Source: an uncultured Poribacteria bacterium
GTDB lineage: Bacteria > Poribacteria > WGA-4E > WGA-3G
NCBI GenBank assembly: GCA_958296135.2
Contig: CATQHZ020000001.1
Location: 2,656,001-2,720,000, forward strand
Length of the DNA stretch: 64,000 bases
Reading direction: 5' to 3'
The notes beneath the pieces were generated by a model, which ran no database searches, was not told the origin of the DNA, and was given only the letters and a program-made list of their open reading frames with translations. Shown one piece after another: positions 10,863-21,195 of this stretch (position 1 is its first letter; every line of letters begins with the position of its first letter). Made by a program: the position numbers and the translations under genes.

Positions 10863-10890
10863 TTGACATTTTTTGCGAATTTGGTATAAT
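10863..10890 (+). promoter_or_regulatory. Consensus sigma70 promoter
   Basis: TTGACA-16 bp-TATAAT with an extended TG. Confidence 0.75.
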
Positions 10891-11012
10891 ACTAAAAATA
10901 ATGAACAGAATGCCGTGATAATTTGATGAGCCAGCTTAAAAAGGCTGGCACCGGATGGGCGCGCGGCCGAAAGCGTGCCTTATCCACACATTTCTATCCA
11001 AGGAGGATAACG

Positions 11013-12383
11013 ATGAACCGGTTTACCCCCATTTTCCTCGTCTTCGCGCTACTGACAGCGACGATTTTCGTCGGTTGCGGGCAAGGCGGAATTAGCATCA
11101 TCCCACTCGGCGCGAAACTTCAGAACGCCGACAACGCCTTTAACGAGGCGGAACTGATGAAGGTGCGGGACGATGACCCGGAAAAAATGAAGAAAAACCG
11201 TGCCGAGCAGCAGAAAGGCTACGATCGCGCGATGAAGCTCTACCTCGAAGTCATTGAACGCGATGCGAAGGGCAAATACGCCCAGCGCGCGCATTACCAA
11301 ATCGCCGAAATCTATAAGCGGAAATACGAGTGGGATAAAGCCACCGAGCATTATCAGGCAATCGTTGAGATTGCACCCACCGGCTACTACGCGAACGAGG
11401 CGAAAAGCGGCACGGCGAACATCCGGAAGAACCGCCAAATCATTAAGGATAAGCGTGCTGAGTACCAGAACTACAAGGCACTCTACGACGCAGATCCGAA
11501 GGACGAAACCTTCAACATCGCCGCAGGAGCACTCTACGAAGTCGCGCGCGCTTATGAAGGCCTGGAAAACTACCCCGAAGCCATCCGAAATTATGAACGA
11601 ATGGTGGAGGAGTTCTCCGCACACTCCAAGGCACCGCAGGCACAGTTCCAGATCGGCAACATCTATTTTTACGAACTCTACGATTACACCGGCGGCTGGC
11701 CCGCATTCGTCGCTGTCACCGAGAAGTTCCCCGATTCTTACGAAGCCTCGCAAGCCTCAACACTGCTGAAACAGACTGCCGACATCCTCACCGAGATTAA
11801 GCAGCTGATGGACGAAATCGACCAGAATCGCAGTAAGAAAGCCATGGAATACGAAGAATCCGGCAGAAAGATTACACCCGCCGACAGATGGAGAATGGGC
11901 ATGGCGGACCTCGTCGTACAGAGCTTCCAACAGGTCGCGAACGACTGGGAGAAACTCCGCAACTACCCGAGGGCGATTCAGGCATACGAAAAACTCGCAT
12001 CGGACGTGTCGCACAAGAAGTTCGCCGCGGCAGACGCACTCTACCGGGCAGGAACCCTCTACCAGCAAAATGGTGAATACGAACGCGCAATTCAGGCATA
12101 CAACCGCCTCTTTGAAAACGCCCCAGAATCCACATGGCGCAACGAGGCAGTTTACCAGCAGGCAGTCTGCTACCGCGCCATTCGGGAATTCGGCTCCGCT
12201 TATGAAGGATTCAAGGCGTATATGAGCATCACAAAGGGGGACACGCCTTACCTACGCGAAGCAGAGCAGATTGTCCGCCAATTTGAACTCGACCAGGACC
12301 AGGACGGATACCCCTTCTACAAAGAACAGGAAGAAGGCACATCCGACCAGGACGCGAATTCATACCCTGGCAGCGGCAGCTAA
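11013..12383 (+). CDS. TPR-repeat lipoprotein (BamD/CpoB-like)
   Basis: AAGGAGG RBS; lipobox FVGC; multiple TPR helix pairs. Confidence 0.8.
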   Translation: MNRFTPIFLVFALLTATIFVGCGQGGISIIPLGAKLQNADNAFNEAELMKVRDDDPEKMKKNRAEQQKGYDRAMKLYLEVIERDAKGKYAQRAHYQIAEIYKRKYEWDKATEHYQAIVEIAPTGYYANEAKSGTANIRKNRQIIKDKRAEYQNYKALYDADPKDETFNIAAGALYEVARAYEGLENYPEAIRNYERMVEEFSAHSKAPQAQFQIGNIYFYELYDYTGGWPAFVAVTEKFPDSYEASQASTLLKQTADILTEIKQLMDEIDQNRSKKAMEYEESGRKITPADRWRMGMADLVVQSFQQVANDWEKLRNYPRAIQAYEKLASDVSHKKFAAADALYRAGTLYQQNGEYERAIQAYNRLFENAPESTWRNEAVYQQAVCYRAIREFGSAYEGFKAYMSITKGDTPYLREAEQIVRQFELDQDQDGYPFYKEQEEGTSDQDANSYPGSGS

Positions 12384-12389
12384 TACCAC

Positions 12390-12568
12390 ATTAACCCGTG
12401 TAAAGCGAGAGCACTTGTTCACCAGAACGATTTAGTTCTCCGAAACCTCTGTCGTTTGAGAACACCTGAGCACAAATAGGTAGGGATCTCCCGAGCCCTA
12501 CCTACAAAGGACAGAGGAACATTTGAAAACTAAATCGTTCTCCCCGCGCCCACTTTACACGGGTTAAT
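12390..12568. mobile_element. MITE-like nested inverted repeat
   Basis: 16-bp perfect terminal inverted repeat ATTAACCCGTGTAAAG/CTTTACACGGGTTAAT plus three inner complementary pairs. Confidence 0.6.
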
Positions 12569-12596
12569 TTTAACGGGCAATAGAGAGGAAACGCTC

Positions 12597-13343
12597 ATGT
12601 TAACCCTGAAAACCACTGGCTTTTTTATCTTCTGCCTCGCCATGTCGTTCAACATCGCTACCGCCGCGGACTTGCAAGACGGCCTTGTCAACTATTGGCC
12701 CCTTGATGGCGATGCCACCGATAGCATCGGCAAAAACGATGGCGAAACCGTTGGAAAACTGACCTGGGTAGACGCGCGCGTCGGAAAAGGCGCAAAGTTC
12801 GATGGCGGTTCACAGAAAATCCAAATCCCAGACTACAAATTCATCACTACCACGACGACTTATGCCGCGTGGATCAACGGCTGGAAAGCCAGTGCCTGGG
12901 CAGGCATCGTCGGCTCGCGCACACCAACTGCCACTGAACTCATTTTCGGAGACAACGATTTCCTCCACTACGTCTGGAATAACAACGCCGCTGAAACATG
13001 GCGGTGGGATGGCGGACCCGAAATTCCGCAGGACGAATGGGCCCTCGCCGCAATGACAATCGAAACCAAGCAGGCGACGCTCTATATCTATACCGATGCC
13101 GATGGATTGGATAAAGGGATAAACGATATCCCGCATGTTGAACAAGAAATCGGACCGCTGAATATCGCGTGGGTGGATTGTTGCGGCGGAAATCGCTATT
13201 TCAAAGGGATCATTGACGAAGTGATGATATTCGACCGGGCGTTGTCTGAAGATGAGATTCTGCAACTCGCAACGCAAGGGCTCGCTGTCGAAGCAACACA
13301 TAAACTGACAACGACGTGGGGCAAAATTAAACGTGCCCGTTGA
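12597..13343 (+). CDS. Secreted LamG-like jellyroll protein with a TTWG tail
   Basis: Signal peptide; LVNYWPLDG, FKGIIDEVMIFDRALS; ends LAVEATHKLTTTWGKIK. Confidence 0.85.
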   Translation: MLTLKTTGFFIFCLAMSFNIATAADLQDGLVNYWPLDGDATDSIGKNDGETVGKLTWVDARVGKGAKFDGGSQKIQIPDYKFITTTTTYAAWINGWKASAWAGIVGSRTPTATELIFGDNDFLHYVWNNNAAETWRWDGGPEIPQDEWALAAMTIETKQATLYIYTDADGLDKGINDIPHVEQEIGPLNIAWVDCCGGNRYFKGIIDEVMIFDRALSEDEILQLATQGLAVEATHKLTTTWGKIKRAR

Positions 13344-13529
13344 GTCGTCTCCGGCAGCAGAGATGTCACGACCGGGATGTCGCGCCTACCGGAAGAAGTT
13401 CAGCCCTATTAGGGCAAGATGAGTTTGCCCTATCTTGATTTGTTTGCGCGCGGGCGAACGCAAACTACAAAGACAGGATAACTAAAAACCTCAGAGGTGA
13501 ATTGGTTCTTATTCTGTGTTCCTCTGTCT

Positions 13530-14351
13530 TCAGAGGAACAACTTCACGCGCGAACGTTCCCTCGCTGGCAAACGGCTGTAGACTGTCTGCCGGATGAGTT
13601 CTGGCGTATAGCGGCGGGAGAAGTGCGTTAGCACGATATGCTCACTTTCAAGCTCAGCTAACATCGGCATTAACATATCAAGATGCAGGTGCATCGTCTT
13701 TTTGGCGCGCGCGCGATGCTCGGGCAGGACAAAGGTGCATTCGCAAATCAGCACATGGCACTGTTTGAGCAACGGGTGCGCATCAAGCGGAATACCTCGC
13801 GTATCCCCAAGATAGGCGATCAGCGGCAACTGTACCTCTGTCGTCACCTCTGTCCCTGACTGCTTGAGTGCCGCAATCTCATGCCCCGGCAGCTCATGGA
13901 ATTCAGGCTTCAGTTTTTTGCGAACCTCGCAAATGAGGTAAGAGACAGCAGGAACACTATGGTTGCCCGGCAGAACGTGCGCGACCAGATTCTGGCGAAA
14001 CGGGACCGCATCGCCAACATGGACTGGCGTGATGCGATACGCCCACCGCCCCCCCATATCCAACGCGGAGATCTTATCCAAAATGTGCGTCAACTGTCGA
14101 AAACCGCTTGAGGGCACATAGATATTCCCCGGCGGTATATCGGAAAGCCAGCGTTGGCTGATATAGATGGGGAGCCCGAAATAGTGGTCCAAGTGAAAAT
14201 GCGAGATGAAGACGTTGTCTGTGCCGATAAAATTCATCGGGCACCGGCCTAAATCAAAAACCAGATCGAGCTCTTTCACCCGGATGTAGGTAGCCACAGC
14301 GGAGCTAGATTTTCCCTCAAGTGTTAAATTTCCACAGTGCAACAGTGCCAT
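13530..14351 (-). CDS. Metallo-beta-lactamase-fold hydrolase, short RNase Z-like
   Basis: SHFHLDH, KKLKPEF arm, GDT, ECTF, HLH, THFSRRY. Confidence 0.8.
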   Translation of the reverse strand: MALLHCGNLTLEGKSSSAVATYIRVKELDLVFDLGRCPMNFIGTDNVFISHFHLDHYFGLPIYISQRWLSDIPPGNIYVPSSGFRQLTHILDKISALDMGGRWAYRITPVHVGDAVPFRQNLVAHVLPGNHSVPAVSYLICEVRKKLKPEFHELPGHEIAALKQSGTEVTTEVQLPLIAYLGDTRGIPLDAHPLLKQCHVLICECTFVLPEHRARAKKTMHLHLDMLMPMLAELESEHIVLTHFSRRYTPELIRQTVYSRLPARERSRVKLFL

Positions 14352-14364
14352 ATTTCATTTCTCA

Positions 14365-14470
14365 GTAGGAGGGACCTCCCGGTCCCGATGGGTAGGAAGC
14401 CCCTCCCAGTCTCAATTCGTAGGAGGAACCTCCCGGTCCCGATGGGTAGGAGGGACCTCCCGGTCCCGAT
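14365..14470 (+). repeat. Four tandem GTAG-REP units with a 27-bp period
   Basis: GTAGGAGGGACCTCCCGGTCCCGAT-like units at 14365, 14392, 14419 and 14446. Confidence 0.85.
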
Positions 14471-14511
14471 ACGAAGGAACTCCCAGCCCAAACGCTTTTT
14501 TTGGAGAACGT

Positions 14512-15375
14512 ATGTCTATTAAAATCGGAATTATCGGCGGCAGCGGCTTTTATCAGATGGACGGTTTAACCGACATCAAAGAAATCGAGGTAGAAACCCC
14601 CTTCGGGAAACCGAGCGACGCGCTCATCCTCGGCACCCTTGAAGGAAAACAGGTAGCTTTTCTCCCACGACACGGTATCGGGCACCCGCTACTGCCCTCA
14701 GAACTTAACGCCCGCGCTAACATTTACGCCTTGAAATCCCTCGGCGTGGAATATCTCATCGCCGTCAGTGCCGTCGGCAGTCTGAAACAGGAGATCGAAC
14801 CGCGTCAGTTCGTCGTCCCGGAGCAACTCTATGACCACACGAAGGACAGGAACAGCACCTTTTTCGGTGATGGCCTCGCCGTGCATGTGAGCCTTGCACA
14901 TCCCTTCTGTCCACACCTAAACGAGTTCTTACATACCGCCGCACTTGAAGCCGGCACAACCGTGCATCGGGGCGGCACCTATATCTGTATGGAGGGCCCC
15001 GCTTTTTCAACGCGCGCCGAATCCCAGGTATACCGGCACCTCGGCTTTGACATCATCGGGATGACTGCGGCACCGGAAGCAAAATTAGCGCGCGAAGCGG
15101 AAATCTGCTACACGCTCCTCGCCTGCATTACCGATTACGACTGCTGGCACCCCGAACACGATGCCGTCACCACTGATATGATTCTGGACAACCTCCGTGC
15201 CAACGTCGAAGCATCAAAACAGACAGTGCGAAACGCCGTGGCGAAGATTGCCGACGTTCCCCGAACGTGCAGCTGCGCGAACGCGCTTGAAAACGCGATT
15301 GCTACACATCCCGATAAGATTCCGCCCACAACGCGACATCGGCTAAGTTTGCTGCTCGATAAATACCTCGCGTAA
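14512..15375 (+). CDS. mtnP: S-methyl-5'-thioadenosine phosphorylase
   Basis: IGIIGGSG, TPFGKPSD, RHG, EGPAFSTRAES, GMT, TDYDCWH. Confidence 0.93.
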   Translation: MSIKIGIIGGSGFYQMDGLTDIKEIEVETPFGKPSDALILGTLEGKQVAFLPRHGIGHPLLPSELNARANIYALKSLGVEYLIAVSAVGSLKQEIEPRQFVVPEQLYDHTKDRNSTFFGDGLAVHVSLAHPFCPHLNEFLHTAALEAGTTVHRGGTYICMEGPAFSTRAESQVYRHLGFDIIGMTAAPEAKLAREAEICYTLLACITDYDCWHPEHDAVTTDMILDNLRANVEASKQTVRNAVAKIADVPRTCSCANALENAIATHPDKIPPTTRHRLSLLLDKYLA

Positions 15376-15428
15376 CGCACCGATTTGCCCGTAGGCGCGC
15401 TTGAAAAGCGCGCCTATCTCAGGTTAGG

Positions 15429-16781
15429 TTACCCTTGATTCACAAGAACGTCGCGGAGCGTATCAAAAATTCTATCCGCCTCAGCCTCCGTGAGAATAAG
15501 CGGCGGGGCTATCAAGATGATATTCTCCGGCTCGTCCATGGCGTGGCCAATCTTGCCGACGATAACGCCTTTCTCTCTTAATTCGCCGACAATTCGGTTC
15601 GTGTGTGCTGTTTCCAGATGCGCGCCATCAGCCCGAATTAATTCTACCGCCAGCATCAGTCCTTTGCCGCGCACATCGCCAACGATAGGCAAATCTTTCA
15701 GCGGATCCAACTTCTCAAGGAGGTAACTCCCCACCTTCTCGGCGTTTTCCCAGAGACGTTCTTCCTGCAAGATTTTCAGGTTCGCCACACCGGCGGCGCA
15801 AGCGACAGGATGGCCGCCATAGGTGCAAACCTGTGCGAACTCGTTATTTTCATCGGGCCCACCGAGGAACGCCTCAAATACCTTCGTGGAGGCGACACAT
15901 GCGCCAAGAGGAACATAGCCGCTCGTCAATCCTTTGGCAAGCGTGATAATATCCGGTTGGACACCCCAATGCTCACACGCAAACATCTTCCCGGTCCGGC
16001 CAAAACCGGTAATCACTTCGTCAAGGATGAGCAGCAGCCCGTAAGCATCGCAGATTTCGCGGAGTTTCGGCAGATATTCATCTGGCGGCACAATCACGCC
16101 GCCCCCACCGATGATAGGCTCCGCGATAACGGCAATCACCGTCTCGGGGCCCTCGGATTGAATTATCCGCGCGATGTCCTCGGCGCAACCCACATTGCAG
16201 GTAGAAGCCGCTAATCCTAACGGGCACCGATAACAGTAAGGCGGATGCGCATGGTGAAAACCGGGGACGAGCGGTTCAAACGCCTTCCGCCGCCGCGCCT
16301 GTCCCGTCGCCGACAACGCGCCGTAGGTAAACCCGTGATACCCGCGATACCGACTGATGATTTTATAGCGATTCTCACCCGGATAGTGCTGTCTGCCGTA
16401 TTGGCGTGCAATTTTAATCGCTGTCTCGTTCGCCTCAGAACCGCTGTTGCAAAAATAGACGTGGTTCAAATCACCCGGCAGGCACGCCGCTAATTGCGCC
16501 GCTAGCACCGTCGCCGGTGCATTAATCTGCGAGTGCGGATAGTAGGGCAACCGCTGAATCTGCGCGTAGACAGCATCCGCAATCTCCTGCCTGCCATAGC
16601 CGACGTTGACGTTCCACAGTGCCGAATAGGCATCCAGATATTCTCTGCCTTCTTCGTCCACGAGCGTTGTCCCGTGCGCCGATTTGAAAACGAGCAACTC
16701 TGTCTCATCAAGCCGCCGATGTTGAAAAAGCGGGTGCCACACATGCGCCTTATCGACAACTCTATAGTCTATTGTCTCCAT
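15429..16781 (-). CDS. Aminotransferase class III (BioA/omega-amino acid transaminase-like)
   Basis: [27 protein letters not shown]. Confidence 0.92.
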   Translation of the reverse strand: METIDYRVVDKAHVWHPLFQHRRLDETELLVFKSAHGTTLVDEEGREYLDAYSALWNVNVGYGRQEIADAVYAQIQRLPYYPHSQINAPATVLAAQLAACLPGDLNHVYFCNSGSEANETAIKIARQYGRQHYPGENRYKIISRYRGYHGFTYGALSATGQARRRKAFEPLVPGFHHAHPPYCYRCPLGLAASTCNVGCAEDIARIIQSEGPETVIAVIAEPIIGGGGVIVPPDEYLPKLREICDAYGLLLILDEVITGFGRTGKMFACEHWGVQPDIITLAKGLTSGYVPLGACVASTKVFEAFLGGPDENNEFAQVCTYGGHPVACAAGVANLKILQEERLWENAEKVGSYLLEKLDPLKDLPIVGDVRGKGLMLAVELIRADGAHLETAHTNRIVGELREKGVIVGKIGHAMDEPENIILIAPPLILTEAEADRIFDTLRDVLVNQG

Positions 16782-16971
16782 TTGTGGATTTTCTCCCTCC
16801 TGAAGCGACATTTGGTATAATCCTAAATTCACCGCTATAGTTCGGGCTCGCAAGTCTCCGATGTTAATGACAATGGCTTCCGCCCGTAGCCCGAGAAAAA
16901 TTAGCCATCTATGTATTTATCTTCATGCGAACGCCACCTACAGAAGTGAGACGAATCAACGTCATTTGGCA

Positions 16972-18687
16972 TTACATCCGTTTCTCCAGCGCGGAAATAC
17001 CCAACAGTGCCAACCCGTTTTTCAACACCGTCTGCACCGCGCGCGTCAAGACAAGCCGCGCCTGTGTCCGTTCTTGGTGCGCGGCATCCAGCACCCGATG
17101 CTGATTATAGTAGGGATGGAATAACCCCGCCAACTCATGCAAATAGTGCGCGATGCGATGAACCTCGCGCGCCTCTGCACTGAAAAGCACCAATGCCGGA
17201 AATTCCGACAACTTCCGGATTAACTCATGCGCCATCGGCTCCGTCAGCAGCTCCAAGGAAACCTTGTCAATCCGCCGCGGCGTAATCCCGTGCTCGGCAG
17301 TCTTTTGGAGAATGCTCCAGCACCGCGCGAAGGCATACTGAATGTAGAAGACCGGATTTTCATTCGCCTCCGTAATTGCCAATTCCAGATTGAAATCGAG
17401 GTGCGTGTTATTGGCGCGCATCAGAAAGAAATAACGCGCAACATCCACAGCGAACCGCTCGCCGATGGCACCCGCGAGTTCGTCAACGAGCGCGTCCAAC
17501 GTCAAGAACTTCCCACGCCGTTTTGACATGTCCTCCCGATGCCCCTCGGCATTCACGAAGTTCACCTGCTGAATAATAGAAATTTCCAGCCAGTCATCGG
17601 GCAAACCGAGGGCCTTCACAAAGTTGTGGAGGCGACTGACGTGCCCCTGATGGTCTGGGCCGAAAAAGTTAATGACTTGATGAAATCCCCGGTCAAACTT
17701 ATCGCGATGATAAGCGGCATCCGGCACGAAATAGGTGTACTCGCCATCACGCCGAATGACAACGCAATCCTTGTCGTCCCCGAAGGCTGACATCCGGAAC
17801 CACGTCGCATCTTCTGCCTCGTAGAGATACTGCTTGTCGCGAAACAGCTGGAGAATCTCCTCCGGTTTCCCGCTGTCCCGAATTGCCTTCTCGCTTGTCC
17901 AAACATCAAACTGAACGCCGAAACGTTCCAAGGATGCCTCTTGTTGCGCCAGGATGTGCGCGATGCCCCTGTCGCGGAAGAGAGATACTCGTTCCGCTGC
18001 ACCCAACTGCAGGTACGTGTCACCCTCCGCATCCGCGATGGCCTGCGCGAATTCCCGGAGGTACTCACCCTCGTAACCGCCCTCGGGGATTTGCAATCCT
18101 GTCTCACCTAACGCCTGCCGATAGCGGACATCAATAGATGTGCCGAGCCGCTCAACTTGCCCACCCGCATCGTTGACGTAGAACTCGCGGATAGCCTGAT
18201 AGCCGACAGCGTTCAGCAGATTGACGAGGGTATCGCCGACAGCCGCCGCTCGGCCGCTGACAATGTTCAGCGGCCCCGTCGGATTCGCACTGACAAATTC
18301 AACTTGAACGCGCTGGCCAGCACCCTTGTCGCAGGTGCCATAAGCATCTCCCTCGGCGACAATCGTGCGCAAGGTCGCGTAAAGCCACTCATCCGAAAGA
18401 TGGATGTTAATGAACCCCGGCCCAGCGATGTCAATCTGGCGAATCTGCGGATGTGCCGCCACTTCAATATGCGCGACAATCGTATCCGCAATCTTGCGTG
18501 GCGGCAGCTTGGCCTGTTTTGCCAACCCCAATGCTACCGGCGTAGCGAAATCGCCGTGCTCCGGCGTTTTCGTCGGGGAAAACGGGATATCGGGAACGTC
18601 AGGTATAGAGAGCTCTCCCGCCGAAATCGCCGCGCGAATCGCCGCTTGTAAAATAGCGTGAATTTCGGATTGAATCGTGTCTGTCAT
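16972..18687 (-). CDS. argS: Arginine--tRNA ligase
   Basis: VEFVSANPTGP, MSKRRG, ENPVFYIQYA, C-terminal ALEKRM; ATGA overlap with the upstream gene. Confidence 0.95.
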   Translation of the reverse strand: MTDTIQSEIHAILQAAIRAAISAGELSIPDVPDIPFSPTKTPEHGDFATPVALGLAKQAKLPPRKIADTIVAHIEVAAHPQIRQIDIAGPGFINIHLSDEWLYATLRTIVAEGDAYGTCDKGAGQRVQVEFVSANPTGPLNIVSGRAAAVGDTLVNLLNAVGYQAIREFYVNDAGGQVERLGTSIDVRYRQALGETGLQIPEGGYEGEYLREFAQAIADAEGDTYLQLGAAERVSLFRDRGIAHILAQQEASLERFGVQFDVWTSEKAIRDSGKPEEILQLFRDKQYLYEAEDATWFRMSAFGDDKDCVVIRRDGEYTYFVPDAAYHRDKFDRGFHQVINFFGPDHQGHVSRLHNFVKALGLPDDWLEISIIQQVNFVNAEGHREDMSKRRGKFLTLDALVDELAGAIGERFAVDVARYFFLMRANNTHLDFNLELAITEANENPVFYIQYAFARCWSILQKTAEHGITPRRIDKVSLELLTEPMAHELIRKLSEFPALVLFSAEAREVHRIAHYLHELAGLFHPYYNQHRVLDAAHQERTQARLVLTRAVQTVLKNGLALLGISALEKRM

Positions 18688-19505
18688 TTGTTTTCCCGCC
18701 ACTGCGCAAAGTCCGCCTCAATCTCTTCAGACCATTTTCGATCAATCTCGCCGGGGGTATACTGCCCTTCCCGCAACCGTTGGTGCCCAAACCGGTCGCG
18801 GAGCTGCACCTCCTCGCCGCGTTCAACCACTTGCTGCGCAAAGTGCGGCGGAATAAAAATGACACCGCCGCGCCTACCTAACACCACGTCACCCGGCAAA
18901 ACAGTCGCTTCCCCAATACGGATAGGCGTGTTAATCCCAGTCAACGTGACGTTCGCAATCCCCGTCGGATCGACCCCGCGCACGAAGGTTCCGAAGTCCG
19001 GCAATCCGTAGATGCCATCCAAATCACGGATACCGCCATCGATTACCATCCCGGTCCCAGTTTTCGCATAGATGGAGTTGCCGAGGTTATCGCCAGCGAA
19101 CGTGCCCTCCTTGACTTTGCCGAACAAGTCGACGACGATGACATCATCGCGAACAAGCGTATCGATTACCCACGAGTTTTGTCCACCGACGCGCCCCTCT
19201 TTTTCACCCTGCGCCGAAACTGCATCGTTGAAGTCGGGACGGATAGGCACGAAGGCGCACGTCACTGCCCTACCGACGAGAACACGCTCAGGGTGCAGGT
19301 TCATCCAATCGCCAGCGAATTGGTATGGGTAGCCGTTGCCGTGGAGAACACCCCATGCTTGCTCAATGCTAATTGCCTGCATACGCTGGAGAATATCATC
19401 CGAAACCCGCGGGCGGCCATCGGGAAACCTTTCGCCTTCCCATTTGTGCGTCATCGCGAGGATGCTGTCTTTGTTGATAAGTTGCACGCGAATTCTCTCC
19501 CCCAA
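18684..19505 (-). CDS. RraA/HMG aldolase family protein
   Basis: GRAVT, GDNL, IDGGIRD, VLPGDVV. Confidence 0.82.
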   Translation of the reverse strand: MGERIRVQLINKDSILAMTHKWEGERFPDGRPRVSDDILQRMQAISIEQAWGVLHGNGYPYQFAGDWMNLHPERVLVGRAVTCAFVPIRPDFNDAVSAQGEKEGRVGGQNSWVIDTLVRDDVIVVDLFGKVKEGTFAGDNLGNSIYAKTGTGMVIDGGIRDLDGIYGLPDFGTFVRGVDPTGIANVTLTGINTPIRIGEATVLPGDVVLGRRGGVIFIPPHFAQQVVERGEEVQLRDRFGHQRLREGQYTPGEIDRKWSEEIEADFAQWRENK

Positions 19506-19556
19506 TAAATAGCCCCTACCGGGACTCCGCGATTTTCGCGTAAATCCTATGCCTTC

Positions 19557-20414
19557 CTACAACCCAGCGTTTTCCCACACCTGCACTAGCGATGCAGCCG
19601 TGGCTTTCGCAGCGGCAGCAGGTTCCATCGCGTTCACCGTTTTGCTGAAGGGTTCCGGCGTTACCGGGCCTTCATAACCGATGTCAGTGAGAACGTGCAT
19701 CAGCTCGGTGAGCGGAATCACGCCGGTTTCAGCGGGGAGGCACCGGATGTTGTCAATCTGTTCGTCCGCATCGATGCCCGCAGGCGCATCGTTGATATGC
19801 ACATAGACGACATCCGCTATGGACAATTTCCGCACATCGTCAATGGTGGAACGGCAGGTATACCAATGCCACGTATCAAACAACAAGCCGACGTTGCCGG
19901 TGCCGACCGCGGCGGCGAGCCCTAACATCGCATCCATTGAATAGGCGAACAGGTGCTTGGCCGCCTTCCGGCTTGTCGCCGGTCCGATGAACTCAAGCCC
20001 AAGCGAATGCCCATAGTCCTTGAGAATCTCGGCGACAGGACGGAGCCGCTTGACAGAAAAATCCCAATTCTCCTGATACGTCATCTCGTTTGAGGCGGGG
20101 CCAACGACGGTAGTCGTGCGGTAGCAGCCGAGCTCGGCCGCCAGTTCGGCGCGCGCTGGTAATTGCGCCAAGCCCGCGTAGTAATCGGCATCGGAACCGC
20201 GCCAATTCACGCCAAATCCCCATCCGCCCATTTTGATGCCGGCTTCTGCCCAGAGTTCTTTGACGAATTGGACAGAGTGTTCTTCCGCAAACTGGCCTGC
20301 CTCGTCGATGCCCAAGTCGAATCCTTCAAAGCCGGCTGCTTTTGCTAATTCCAAGCCTTCTTTCATGTTCGCCCGGATGCCGATGGCACCGGTGCTTAAG
20401 TTTTTAAACATCAT
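19557..20414 (-). CDS. Sugar phosphate isomerase/epimerase (xylose isomerase-like TIM barrel)
   Basis: LGLEF, FDTWHW, VHIND, YEGPVTPE. Confidence 0.85.
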   Translation of the reverse strand: MMFKNLSTGAIGIRANMKEGLELAKAAGFEGFDLGIDEAGQFAEEHSVQFVKELWAEAGIKMGGWGFGVNWRGSDADYYAGLAQLPARAELAAELGCYRTTTVVGPASNEMTYQENWDFSVKRLRPVAEILKDYGHSLGLEFIGPATSRKAAKHLFAYSMDAMLGLAAAVGTGNVGLLFDTWHWYTCRSTIDDVRKLSIADVVYVHINDAPAGIDADEQIDNIRCLPAETGVIPLTELMHVLTDIGYEGPVTPEPFSKTVNAMEPAAAAKATAASLVQVWENAGL

Positions 20415-20420
20415 CTCTCC

Positions 20421-21140
20421 CTATTTTTCTATTCGTTTTTCACCGCGCACAACTTTCGCGGCAACTGCCCAAGGATAGTCATTGTCCTCGGCGTTTGCAG
20501 CCCGATAGGTGGGAATCCAGACCCAGCGTTCAGCACCAGAACGGTTCGGATGGCTGGCGTGAAGCGTCAGATCGTGGAAGAAGACAGCACCTCCAGCCTC
20601 CAATTCTGCTGTCACCGCTCGCGTTTCATCCACCGCATCGGGACGGAGACGATTGCCAAAGCCGTGCCCATCACTCGCATCGCCATCGTGGACAACCGCG
20701 GCCTTGTGTGAACCCGGAAACAACTTGAGGCAGCCGTTTTCCACAGTAGCATCATCAAGTGCTACCCAGATGGAGACTTTGTGCGCGCCGTGCCAGTAGT
20801 GCCAATCTTGGTGCCATGGACTCGCGAAATCCATGGATGCGCTCTTGAAGACGAATTTGTCGCTCAAGAATTCAATATCCGGCGCGAGAATGCCCGCTAA
20901 AATATCAATTAACCGCGCATCGCCGATCGCCCCCTGAAAGACAGGGCTCCGTGCTGCCAAACCGACGTAAACGCCATGCCCGGCGACAGCGTCCACACCT
21001 GTTTCTGCCTTGACTACCTCCAGAATGTTGACACACTCCGATTTCAGCCGTTGGACTTCGGCACGCGTGAACAGATTCGGCACGATGGCGAAACCAGTCT
21101 CGGTAAAACTATCGCAAAGCGTTGGTATATCAGGATGCAT
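20421..21140 (-). CDS. PhyH-family 2OG-Fe(II) dioxygenase
   Basis: PWHQD, WVALDD...NGCL..PGSH, LHAS..N. Confidence 0.9.
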   Translation of the reverse strand: MHPDIPTLCDSFTETGFAIVPNLFTRAEVQRLKSECVNILEVVKAETGVDAVAGHGVYVGLAARSPVFQGAIGDARLIDILAGILAPDIEFLSDKFVFKSASMDFASPWHQDWHYWHGAHKVSIWVALDDATVENGCLKLFPGSHKAAVVHDGDASDGHGFGNRLRPDAVDETRAVTAELEAGGAVFFHDLTLHASHPNRSGAERWVWIPTYRAANAEDNDYPWAVAAKVVRGEKRIEK

Positions 21141-21195
21141 TGTTATGCCTCTATAGACATTGCAGTCTCAACAGACCGCTAGCGGAATAGTGATA

